Positions 26,723 to 39,154 of a stretch of 64,000 nt of DNA are shown piece by piece; within the stretch, counting starts at the first letter, position 1, and every line of letters starts with the position of its first letter. Under the pieces are notes generated by a model. The model was not told the DNA's origin and made no database searches. It saw nothing but the letters and a program-made list of their open reading frames with translations. The DNA comes from Octopus vulgaris (Eukaryota), in contig OX597819.1 of NCBI GenBank assembly GCA_951406725.2, positions 89,466,001-89,530,000 of the forward strand. Reading direction: 5' to 3'. The translations under genes were made by a program, and so were the position numbers.

Positions 26723-27439
26723 AGTCAAAAACAGTAACTGAGTATCTTCAGGACACAAACACACACACTCTTGTAGACAACTTAAATTGCTCCCAAGGAG
26801 GAATTACAACTGTGTTTTGTGGTCTGCTACCACAACAGCTCCTTTATAGGATCTAGTTAGCTCAAGACATCATCAGGAGGAACCACGTCCGGTTTCAGCC
26901 CCTACTTCTCTACCGTTTTGACGTGGCTGGTCCCCCCCCCCCCACTTTTGGAGGTGTCTTCAGCTCTGGTGTTGGGTGCATGTCTTCTTTCTTCTGTTCC
27001 CTGGCCTCTTCGATGTATCGTCAGTGAGTGTCAGCTGGTGATTGACTGACTTGTCAAATTTTTCCCTTTAAATACCTGCCGCTAGGCTCCAGCAGGCACC
27101 CCCAGCAAGTTGTCATGTGACACTGTCTCACCTTAACTGACTAGTGAAGGCGCATAGTCTTAGCCTGCACATTCTCTAACCAACCGTCACTGTGGTTGGT
27201 GATGGTCGGTTAGAGAATGTAGACAACTTAAACTGCTCCCAATAAATATAAAGGGTGAATTTCATTAATTTGCTCATATTTTGATATGTCTTAACTGAGA
27301 AAGATTTTCCATAAGAGATGAAATTCCCTTTTTATCTATTATATATGTGCATATTAAACGCATTCAAAATGCCAATATTTGGTTTGACTACATTATATAT
27401 AAGTTCTTGAGAGAGTTCAAACAAGTTGCTAACAAAATG

Positions 27440-27785
27440 ACAAAACTTTTTGAGTTAAGAGAGTTCCTGACATTTATAAATATATGGTTGAGGTGGTGTG
27501 TTGGTTGAACTGTCGATGCATACACCCAAGTGGGAACATCTATTCACATAAGAATCTCTGATGGAGAATTTTTGGTATGTTTTAGAAATCTCCACTGTGC
27601 CAGTAATAGATTGGATTTGGAGAATTTGCTTCATTTTCTTTTGCTCTTTCTCTGTGAAACCAAGTACTTTGAGGTTTTTGTGCAAATGTGTTGGTACATA
27701 ACCTAATGCACCTATTATGATAGGTGCAAATGAGAATTCACAGTCAGGGTACAAGAGCTGTAAGTTCTACATTAATTCGCCTATG
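27440..27785 (-). mobile_element. 3' fragment of a restriction-like-endonuclease LINE (R4/Dong-like)
   Basis: APIIIGALGYVPTHLHKNLKVLG resembles the C-terminal RLE motif of early-branching non-LTR elements. Confidence 0.6.
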
Positions 27786-27814
27786 AATGTATGCATATGT
27801 GTATATATATATAT

Positions 27815-27979
27815 AGGTGCAGGCATGGATATGTGGTAAGAAGCTTGCTTCCCAACCTTATGGTTCCTGGGTTCATTTCCATTGTGTTATCCCTTGGGCA
27901 AGTGTCTTCTGTTATAGCCTTGGGCTGACCAAGCGTATTTGGCAGATGGAAACTGAAAGAAGCCCATCATGTATACGTG

Positions 27980-28030
<51 letters not shown>

Positions 28031-28230
28031 CTATGTGTGTGTCTATGTGTGTCTCTGTTTGTCCCCCCACCATCACCATATGGCAACTGGTGTTGGTGTG
28101 TTTACATTCCCATAACTTAGCAGTTTGGCAAAAGAGACACTAAGTGTAAAAAATAAATCTTGGGGTTGATTTGTTCAAGGTGGTGTTACAGCATGGCCAC
28201 AGTCAAATGACTGAAACAAGTAAAAAAATA
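27815..28230 (+). mobile_element. SINE S1
   Basis: Family similarity. Confidence 0.85.
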
Positions 28231-28242
28231 GAAAAAAATATA

Positions 28243-28353
28243 CAGGGCGATTGCTAGAAAAACAGAACATTTGTGAAATGGCAATTTATATTTTCACAAG
28301 ATGTGAGGTAAACAATAATAATCAAATTTTCCACTTCTCTAGCGACCACCCTG
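28243..28353. mobile_element. 111-bp Tc1/mariner-type MITE
   Basis: TA|CAGGGCGATTGCTAG ... CTAGCGACCACCCTG|TA. Confidence 0.7.
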
Positions 28354-28754
28354 TATATGTATGTGTGTGTGTATGTGTGCATGCATGCATGCATGCATGC
28401 ATGTGTGCATGTGTGCGTGTGTTTGTCTTCATGTTTGCACTGCCAGTATCTGCTTGACAACTGGTGTGAGTTTGTTCGGTCTTTGCAACTTATATAATTC
28501 GGCAAAAGAGAGCTTGAGAGAATGAGCAATTAGACTTAAAAATAAGTAGCAAAGCCAATTTGTTTTGCTGAAAAAACTTTTAAGGCGATGCTCCAGCATG
28601 GCAGCAGTCCAATGACTGAAACAAATAAAAGCTAATGACATTGCCATTTCCATGGTAATAAACCATTCTATGAGGATTCCCCTTTCCCCCCTTTTTAGAC
28701 ACATGGTTTTGTTGAAACCAAATGAAATATTATTGAGGAATATATAAACGATTC

Positions 28755-28789
<35 letters not shown>

Positions 28790-28811
28790 TAATAATAATA
28801 ATAATAATAAT

Positions 28812-28870
<59 letters not shown>

Positions 28871-28960
28871 TAATAATAATGATAATAATAATGATAATAA
28901 TAATAATAACGATGATAATAACTATGGTAATGATAATAATAATAGTAATTATTATTATTT
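28755..28960. repeat. (AAT)n microsatellite
   Basis: Seen directly. Confidence 0.95.
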
Positions 28961-29933
28961 ATTCATTCGAAAGGAACAATTCTATTTCTTGCTTCAGCTA
29001 AGCTAGATTTGTTTCTTCAGCAGTATTAACGAGAAAAACAACAACAATAACAACAATAGCATCTACAAGAGTTGACATTAACAAAAAATAAAATGAAAAT
29101 GAAATAAAATACAAAATGCATAAACTAACAAAATAAAATAAAACAAGGAAAGGACAAAAAAATATATATATATATATAAAAAAGAAAGGCAAAAAGACAA
29201 TCAGATAGTGATGATCAGTTCATCAAAAACCCATTTTACATTATGGAAAAGTCAGTAAATTGATCATTCTCAGCCAGATAAGATTTCATGCCTTAAAGTT
29301 ATTGTTATGCAGAGAGACAGACAGCCATAAGTTTTCTTTCATGAATTGGTATCATAAAAGTTTTGTTTTGGTGAAGAGGAACATAAAATTTATCTTCGAA
29401 ATGGATCATAAAAATAATAATTGGTCCTATTGTGATGAAACTCAATATATACTGCAAAAGAATAAAAATAAAAATAAAAGAAGAATAAAAAGAAATAGAA
29501 AGAGTAAAAAGTAAAGCAAAGAAAGAAAGAGAGAAAGAAGAAGAAGAAAGGAAGGAAGGAAGGAAGGAAGGGTGGGTGGGAGAGAAGAATGAAGAAAACT
29601 ATACAAAATGCAATCGTAAACTGCAGTACAGCCATGCAAGTGAAACGAAATTGAGGAATAGTATATATTGTAACACCCCACCTTATATTTTATACATGTG
29701 TGTATATATGCATCTATCTAAATACATACAGACATATATATAGGTATGAATGTGTGTGTATATGTATATAAATATATATATATAAACATATATGTGGTTG
29801 CTTACCAGCCACATGGTTCCGGGTTCAGTCCCACTGTGTGGCACTTTGGGCAAGTGACCTCTACTATAGCCTTGGGCCAACCAAAACCTTGTGAGTGGAT
29901 TTGGTAGATGGAAACTGAAAGAAGCCTGTTGTA

Positions 29934-29980
<47 letters not shown>

Positions 29981-29985
<5 letters not shown>

Positions 29986-30519
29986 GGGCTTAGTAAAATA
30001 AATTACTTTGCCACATACTGAACTTTCTAGAAATAGCAGCCAAAAAAGTTTTTTAGCCATTTCCACTACTTAAAGAAAATTTCTCTCAGATAATGTTTAC
30101 TCAAAATATCTGAGTTGATAAGTCGCCAAAGGGTATGTTCTTTCTTTTTAGTGCTTCCAAATCCAAAATAAGAAATGTTGAGCTGACGAAAGAAATGCTG
30201 AGTTTATTTGGCTAATCTAGAAACGTTTACGTTCTCAAATAATCTTTGTACTTGTGATATTTTTTCTGTTTTTACCTCCATACCTTCGTGGGTTATTTTG
30301 AGTAAACATTATCTGAGAGAAATTTTCTTTAAGTAGTGGAAATGGCTAAAAAACTTTTTTGGCTGCTATTTCTAGAAAGTTCAGTATGTGGCAAAGTAAT
30401 TTATTTTACTAAGCCCTAATTATATAATGTAATATTTTGAATTCGCCTTAAATGGTCCTTTTACATACTGAATACTTGGTGAAATTGATTAATAACTAAT
30501 TAATTTTACCCTCAATTGT

Positions 30520-30521
<2 letters not shown>
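29981..30521 (+). mobile_element. Non-coding PLE-like terminus/retrozyme-like element in (TA)n with a 5' inverted segment
   Basis: Perfect ~130-bp inverted repeat (29975-30108 vs 30294-30426), HHR in the spacer, ~95-bp tail, (TA)n on both sides. Confidence 0.75.
30178..30238 (+). ncRNA. Type I hammerhead ribozyme
   Basis: TTGAG-CTGACGA-stem II(AGA/TCT, GCTGAG/TTTGGC)-GAAA-CGT-TT-ACG-TT-CTCAA; GUU site; A.A at the base of stem II. Confidence 0.8.
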
Positions 30522-30582
<61 letters not shown>

Positions 30583-31442
30583 AGTATGTATGTGTGTATA
30601 TATTATATATTATTGAATTGATAAAAGGTGGGTTTTTTCTAATTTTTCTATATATATATTATATTTTGTGAAATTTGATTTAGTATTTCTAAATTGAATT
30701 TTTCCCTGTAAGTTTGGAAAAATATTCCCTCATATTATTGTTATTATTATTCCCGCACTTATTGCAGTGGTCCTTCAGTTTTAGTAAGCCCTGTAAAAGA
30801 ACTCAGAAGATTGGGAGATTTCTGACATGTGGCACACCCTGAACCCATACAGGTGATGTCAATTTATTGGATGGAGTGAATTGATGGACAGCATAATTCA
30901 TTTAATCACTATAAACAAATTATCTGTGTAGGTGGTTCAGCAAAACAAATTGCAAAACCATCATTTGTCATCTATGATAGAAGAGTTCACTAGTTCACTA
31001 CTCCCTTAAGCCCTTTTCTTCCAGGACTCACCCACAAGAGGCAGAGTTGTGCAAAGAGATCATTTCCATCATGACCACTTCCAGACAGATGTCCTGAGAA
31101 GAACTGTGCACTCATTGAAACCAAAGTGCTCTTACAGTGTGCTCATTCGCTATCTTTAATATTCTGTGTTACCTCCGCCACCCACTCACCAGCTATGCCG
31201 AGTCAACCATTTCATTATTATTTTTCATGCATTGTTCTTATACTGCTGGGTTTCTTAAAAGTGACCTCCACAAAATGACTTGGGGGATGGGTGCCAATGC
31301 AGTTACCGACATCCTGGGTTATAATGGATTACGTACTAGATGTTGCACTAAAAGTGACCTACACACACATATATGCACACACATGCACACGCACACATAC
31401 ACATCTACATACAGAAGTTACATGCAATATTTAATAAACATA

Positions 31443-31660
31443 AGGTGGTGAGCTGGCAGAATTGTTTGCCCACTGGGTGAAATGCTTAGCAGCTTTTTGT
31501 TTGCCTTCACATTCTGAGTTCAAATTCTGCCAAGGTTGACTTAGTGTTTCATCCTTTCAGGGTCGATAAAATAAGTACCAGGGGAGTACTGGGGTCGATG
31601 TAATTGACTTATACCCTCCCCTGAAATTGCTGGTTGTGTGCCAAAATTTGAAATCAATAT
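31443..31660 (+). mobile_element. SINE S2
   Basis: Family similarity. Confidence 0.8.
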
Positions 31661-32879
31661 TTAATAAACATGTATTTGATGATGTTATGAAAATATAACT
31701 ACTACAATGTCCAGGCCTTGTTACTGTGTTGTTGATTATGTACCTTGATGACCCTGAGAACTATTCCAGCAGAGGGCAAGTTCCTGGTAAAGGTTCCATA
31801 GCTGGACAGGTCAAAGGACATACTCCTATGGACCATTTCTTCCAAGAGGTAAAAATGGGATTGTGAGGAGCCAAAACCTTTATCTAGAAAAAAAAGAAAA
31901 GCAGTTACAGAAGTATCAATAACATTTCAAAACCAAGACCTGGGAGTGGAAGGCCTTCCTTTAGGGAAACATATGAGGCAGTACAACAAAATCCAAAAGA
32001 AAGCTGCTAGTAAGGAGGGATCCGATTGTGGAGAAGCAAAAATAAAAGACAACCCAGCATCATGAACAATAAGGAAAAGTCATCGTTGGCCAAAATTCTC
32101 CATAAAGAGCAAGGGGCTTAATTAAGTAATTAATGAGCAAGACACTTTATTTCATGTTGTCCAGTCCACTCAACTGGCATCAGTGAGTTGTACCTGTATT
32201 TCAAAGGGCCAGCCTTGTCACATTCTGTGTCACGCCGAATCTCCCTGAGAACTACGTTAAGGATACATGTGTCTGTGGAGTACTCAGCCATCATCATTTA
32301 ACATCCATTGTCCATGGTGGCATGGGCTGGATAGTGTGATCAGAGCTGGGGAGCTGCACCAGACTCCAGTCTGATTTGGCATGGCTTCTATGGCTGGATA
32401 CCCTTTCTAATGTCACCCAATTTACAGAGTGTGCTGGGTGGTTTTACATGTCACCACACAAGCGCTTTTATGTCGCACTGTATGTGATGCCACATGGGCG
32501 CTTTTACGCGTTGCCACACGAGTGCTATTACATGATACCACACGGGCGCTTTTACGAGGCCCTGTCATTTGATCACGACCATGCTGGAGCACTGCCTTGT
32601 AGAGTTTTAGTCAAAGAAATCAACACCATGACTTTTTAACCTAGTACTTATTCTGTCAGTTTCTTTTGCCAAACCACTAAGTTATGAGGGCATAAACACA
32701 CCAGCAGTAGTGGAGGACAAACACAAAGACACACACACATAGATACATACATTCATACATATATGGACTCTGATCTTAAGAGACATATGCTAAGTGGAAA
32801 CGCATGTAGTGATGCATTAAATGTTTATAAATTCCATCCAAGGGTTATTGCTATTATTACTATATATATATATATATGT

Positions 32880-32987
32880 ATACTGCCAGATCAGACTGGG
32901 CCTGATGCGGCCTTCCAGCTTCACAGACCCCAGTTGAACCGTCCAACCCATGCTAGCATGGAAAGCGGACACTAAATGATGATGATG

Positions 32988-33018
<31 letters not shown>

Positions 33019-33190
33019 CTCACTACACTCTCGGAGTGATTGGCATTAGGAAGGGCATCCAGCTGTAGAAACTCTGCCAGATCAGATTGGAGCCTGGTGC
33101 AGCCATCTGGTTCGTCAGTCCTCAGTCAAATCATCCAACCCATGCTAGCATGGAAAGCGGATGTTAAACGATGATGATGATGATGATGAT
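32880..33190 (+). mobile_element. Two tandem RTE 3' ends, each with a GAT tail, in (TA)n
   Basis: Both match the RTE terminal ~110-170 bp. Confidence 0.85.
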
Positions 33191-34051
33191 ATATATATAT
33201 ATATTATATTTATATACATATGACAAGCTTTTTTCAGTTCTATTCACAAAGTTTGGTCGGTGCAAGGCTATAGTAGAAGACACTTGTCCAAAGTGACATG
33301 CAGTGAGACTGAACTTGAAACTATGTGGTTGAGAAACAAGCTTCCTACCACATAGCTATGCCTGTACCTTGCCCATTAATTTCACAAGCAAGCTGTTCTA
33401 TTGATTGGATCAACTCGATCCTTTGTTGTCATAACTGACAGAGTGCCAGCCAATGAGGTTATAAACAGTAGATTAACAATAGGAACTTGGGCAGTTAAAT
33501 ACCACAATCGTATCACTAGTTTGAACTTTCTTAGGTTCTTGAGGAATTACTTAATTCACCTTTCAATTTTAGAAGTTAAAAAAAACAGAAGCCTGCCGAT
33601 GAATAAATGTAAACAAACTAAGGCCAGCATAAAGACATATCCATAATGCTATATAATTGACAATTCAAAAACAAAATATTTATCACTAATACATGGTTAT
33701 AAATACATATGCATAAGGAAATTGTATACAATATGTTTGATAAACATATATTCACTCCATTCGACGTATCTAACAATCTCATTTTTGTTTCTGAAACCAC
33801 TTACAAATTGTTATAATATATTGCAGTTATATAAAAAAGCACTTTCCACATTCAAGCTTAATAGTTTTTTAAATAATAATGGAAAGTGCACAATAAACTT
33901 CAAAGTCTCGGAAAAATAGTAATATTTATCTACAATAGCATTATACATGCACATAAGCACACATATGCATATATGCACACACACATATAAATACATGCAT
34001 GCATACAGACAAACAAACGTACATAAATATCTATATATCTTTATATCTATA

Positions 34052-35533
34052 CTAGCAGAGATACCCGGCGTTGCCCGGTTGCATTCAATTGAAGAATTAG
34101 ACTTTTCTGTTATATATTCTGAATGAACTGGAATATCTATGTTTCGAATTTCATCAAAATTGCAGATGAGGGTTATTTCCCTCTTTACACACCCTAAAAA
34201 AATTGTAATCATGCCACATGGAAACCAAAAGACGAATGATCACAATAAGCAGTCAGTTACCCTACCCTAGTTGTTACCACTCCCAATGTAGGATTCCTCA
34301 CCATCCAGGTGACAGGCACAGCCGTAAGATGCATTACGAATCTATAGCAATTGGAAGGGCGTGACCCAAATGAAATCAGCATTAACAACTGTGTGACGTA
34401 AGGGCTTAGGAGAAATTAAAGTGTCACATCTAGAGTTTGCAAATGACCACTATACTGCTACGTAACTAGACAGAATGAATTTAATATCTATAAATGTCTT
34501 TGAATAACCAGTTACTCATCTGGGAATCAATTTTACCATCAGGGGACTATGTGTGACCGAGTGATAATAAAAAGACTGAAAGGAGGTCTGCAATCAAATA
34601 ACTTTACTCAACACTTTGCAACTGAATCAGTGGAGACAAAGACACCTCTCATTTACTTAACAATTTATGCACCACATTGCAGAAATCACAATGTAAGTGT
34701 ATGTCAAAGCAAACTGTTACACTGTTGTAACTTTGAATTAGAAATAATGCCCAACTTTTATGCTCGGGTAACCCTATAGCTTCCAAGAGCACAACTGTAT
34801 TCATTTTTGCTTAGATAGAATGACAAAATTGTGGGTGTTAAGTCCCCATGGAGGTGTCTTTCTAACTTTGTAAGAAGATGAGATTTTATAAATATTACTT
34901 CATTTGTGTCTAATATCTATGGTTAAAATGACTAAGCTTTTTTTTCTCCAGCGTTCACCACTTCACCTCGTTAGGGTTAAAAAGCCCTTACCTAATGTTT
35001 TCACTGTCCTGTTTTTATTGGCAGCTTTGACCTTCCACGTATCTCAAATTTTATTTGGGGGAGAAATTGCTTTGATGAAGACGCATCTTGTTCCACTGCT
35101 CGCAATGCGGATTAGGTAAATCTGCCAACAATTGAGGAAGGGTTGTTTTTTTTTATGCTGCCTTCCCGCTATAGTTCTCAATATATAACCCAACCCAACC
35201 CAACAGCGTCGACTGTGGGCTTGTAGCTGTGTACAGTCGCCTCAATGTCGCCCAGAGCGAGTTCTGGTCGCCATAGCGTTGACTGTGGGCTTGTAGCTGT
35301 GTACAGTTGCCTCAATGTCGCCCAGAGCGAGCTCTGGTTGCCATAGCGTCGACTGTGGGCTTGTAGCTGTGTACAGTCGCCTCAATGTCGCCCAGAGCTT
35401 TGCCCATGACACTCCATGGACCCTAAGTAAGGCATGTGTAAAATTTGAATGAAATTGGTTGTGTAGTTCTCAAGTTTTAGGGATTCACACAGACAGACAG
35501 ACAGACACACATTCTCAGTTTCATATATATCGA
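34052..35533 (-). mobile_element. Non-autonomous Helitron 1
   Basis: Minus strand A|TC start, (CTGT)n near the 5' end, CCGG-GCAACG-CCGG hairpin then CTAG|T; three ~72-bp internal tandem units at ~35204-35398. Confidence 0.8.
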
Positions 35534-35537
35534 TATA

Positions 35538-37031
35538 CTAGCATTATGTCCCTGTCGTTGCCGGGTCATAGTGCTAGTGCATGTATATATGTGTATATAT
35601 ATGTGTACATATTACATGTACATCTATATATATACATCTACACATAAAATACAAATTACAAAGTTATATCTTGATATCGCTAGTGATAATAATACTCAAA
35701 ATATATAACAGACTGGAATTGTAGGTCCGTCTCTTGCAATTTCGATCAATTGTATCTTGTCCTCCCTCTTGTATAGAAGTGTGGCTACAATCCAGCCTAC
35801 ATCTACTTCTGGGGGTACATTTTAAATTTTTATCCAGGACGTCCCAGATATAAAAGTAAAAATAAAATATTTCCACTTTGCAAGGTTCGAGTCGAGTACT
35901 CCCTTGCACGCTCCGTTGACTCGAACTTTGCTTGTATTATGGCGAATTTACCGCCTCTGGTTAGATATCTTTCATAGTCGCACCAAGACACTTTTCGACT
36001 GTCGGCCGGTAGCTGTGTACAGTCGCCCAGAGCGAGCTCTGGTCGCCATAGTATCTTTGCCTCCACTATACGTATCTGTATAGTGGTCATTTGCGAACTC
36101 CAGAGGTGACACTTTCATTTCTCCTTGTCGACTGTAGGCTGGTAGCTGTGGACGGTCGAACTAACGTCGCCCAGAGCGAGCTCTGGTTGGTATGATTCTA
36201 TAGCAGAAGACACATGCCAAGTTACCACACAGTGGGACTGAACTGAGGACCAAGTGTTTTGGAACCAAGTTTGTTACCACATATCCACACCTGCACCTGT
36301 GTATGTATTTGTGTGTGTGTGTGCGTGGATGGGTGTATCGGTATGTGTGTATGGGTGTATATATGTTTGCATGTATATATGTGTATATATATATGTGTAC
36401 ATATTACATGTACATCTATATATATACATCTAGACATACATGTTTACATATACATGTATATCTATAGAAATACATCTACAAATGTGATTACAATTGTCAA
36501 ACAGTAATAATAATCACAACAAACTTTTTAAATTTATCCCCATTTATGTGAAACCACTTATTCAAGTTCAAGTCATTAATGCAATTTTATACGAATTGCT
36601 AATACACACACACACACATAATTAGGGTGAGAAATCGAATATTAATTTGATTAATATGAATTGAAAACCAGTGGTGTAGCATATAAGACAATAGCGGATC
36701 TTCTAGCAAAATGGATAACCACTGTTAATGGTTCATCCCTGTTATATAATACTTTCACTTTAATAGTTTCAGTATTAAAGTGAATGTCTGCATTACAATA
36801 GAGAGATGTTTTTGTTTCACTTTTAACACGTAATACTGAAATTCTGGAGAAGATATGATATTGCTGTGGGGTCGCCCTAGGGAAAAAGTTAATTGTTTTT
36901 TGCTGATGACACTCCCCGGACCTTAAGTAAGGCATGTGTAAAATTTGAATGAAATTGGTTGTGTAGTTCTCAAGTTTTAGGGAAACACACAGACAGACAG
37001 ACAGACACATTCTCAATTTTATATATAAAGA
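35538..37031 (-). mobile_element. Non-autonomous Helitron 2, contains an S1 SINE fragment and microsatellite
   Basis: CTAG end at 35538-35541 with subterminal hairpin; TC start at 37031; both ends homologous to 43030-44145. Confidence 0.75.
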
Positions 37032-37139
37032 TGCATGCGTGTGTGCACAATATATTATATATATATTTGTATGGCAATATCTCTCTCCTCTCTCTTTTCC
37101 TCTCCCCTCCCTCTCTTCTCTCTAATTTTACTTTTTTTT

Positions 37140-37265
37140 AGCTTGATACTTATTCTATTGGTTTCTGTTACCAAACTGCTAAGTTACAGAACATAAACAC
37201 ACCAACACCACTTGTCAAGCAGTGGTGGGGACAAATTCAGATACAAAGACACACATACAAGTACA

Positions 37266-37310
<45 letters not shown>

Positions 37311-37405
37311 CTTCTTTCAGTTTTCGTCTGCCAAATCCATTCACAAGGCTTTGGTTGACTCAAGGCTATAGTAGGAAACACTTGCCCAAGGTCACACCTG
37401 AACCT
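37140..37405 (-). mobile_element. SINE S1, truncated
   Basis: Family similarity. Confidence 0.8.
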
Positions 37406-37426
37406 ATATATATATATATATATATA

Positions 37427-38979
37427 TAACCATCATCGCCATATATAAAAGAGCGATCGCATTATCGTTAACCCCACTCGCTTCAAAATATCTAAAGACG
37501 AAATACGCACAGATCATGATTGGCTAAAGCTAAGTGAATTGTTCAACCTCGCTACGACTACCTTCTATCTTGCACTTATCTTTATTCTTTCACTATTCTT
37601 CAATTTCCATCTCATTGTATTGTCCCTCATTCTTTCAGTATTCCCTCATTACCCTGTCTAGCTCAAACTTTTTTTTTTTCGTTTAGTCTTGCCACTCTGA
37701 TTTTTCAAACCCATTTGCTAGCTCCGATTTTACAGAACTTTACTAACCTTACTAAGCCACGATGTTATAGTAGTTATCAATAATGATTATTATTCCCTCT
37801 GATTTTTCTGATTTTCAAACCTATTTATCGATAATGTTGATTTTCAAACCTATTTATCAAATGTTTATTATCGACAATGCCGTCCCTAGTCAAATTTCCT
37901 CACACCGCTTTATCACTACGTGTTCCTTGACCTCTCTCTCTAACTAACCCTATCTCTCTCCCTGTTTCACTATGTCCCCCTCTTCCCATAACCATCATCG
38001 CCATATCTCTCTCCCTAGGTCTCTCTATGCCCCCCCCTTCCATAACCATCATCGCCATATATAAAAGAGCGATCGCATTATCGTTAACCCCACTCGCTTC
38101 AAAATATCTAAAGACGAAATACGCACAGATCATGATTGGCTAAAGCTAAGTGAATTGTTCAACCTCGCTACGACTACCTTCTATCTTGCACTTATCTTTA
38201 TTCTTTCACTATTCTTCAATTTCCATCTCATTGTATTGTTCCTCATTCTTTCAGTATTCCCTCATTACCCTGTCTAGCTCAAACTTTTTTTTTTTCGTTT
38301 AGTCTTGCCACTCTGATTTTTCAAACCCATTTGCTAGCTCCGATTTTACAGAACCTTACTAACCTTACTAAGCCACGATGTTATAGTAGTTATCAATAAT
38401 GATTATTATTCCCTCTGACTTTTCTGATTTTCAAACCTATTTATCGATAATGTTGATTTTCAAACCTATTTATCAAATGTTTATTATCGACAATGCCGTC
38501 CCTAGTCAAATTTCCTCACACCGCTTTATCACTACGTGTTCCTTGACCTCTCTCTCTAACTAACCCTATCTCTCTCCCTGTTTCTCTATGTCCCCCTCTT
38601 CCCATAACCATCATCGCCATATCTCTCTCCCTAGGTCTCTCTATGCCCCCCTTCCATAACCATCATCGCCATATATAAAAGAGCGATCGCATTATCGTTA
38701 ACCCCACTCGCTTCAAAATATCTAAAGACGAAATACGCACAGATCATGATTGGCTAAAGCTAAGTGAATTGTTCAACCTAGCTACGACTACCTTCTATCT
38801 TGCACTTATCTTTATTCTTTCACTATTCTTCAATTTCCATCTCATTGTATTGTTCCTCATTCTTTCAGTATTCCCTCATTACCCTGTCTAGCTCAAACTT
38901 TTTTTTTTCGTTTAGTCTTGCCACTCTGATTTTTCAAACCCATTTGCTAGCTCCGATTTTACAGAACCTTACTAACCTA
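37427..38979 (+). repeat. ~2.5 near-identical ~615-bp tandem units directly 5' of the RTE ORF
   Basis: CATCATCGCCATATATAAAAGAGCG recurs at 37431, 38047 and 38661. Confidence 0.95.
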
Positions 38980-39154
38980 CGGTGCACCCGCCCTCCCACC
39001 CCCACCACACATGCCGGAAGTTCCTATTCTTTGCTATTCCGGGGTTGCTTCCCATGAAGACTGCAAATGCTCTCACCATCCCTACCTCCCTACCCCTAGT
39101 CTCGACCTATGTAAGGTAATGTTCATACAGTGCAAAATATGAAAGGCTAGTGTT

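Noticed and set aside
38980-39150. HDV-like ribozyme at the RTE 5' end (also considered ~31730-31830)
   Set aside because: I could not build the nested double pseudoknot by eye.
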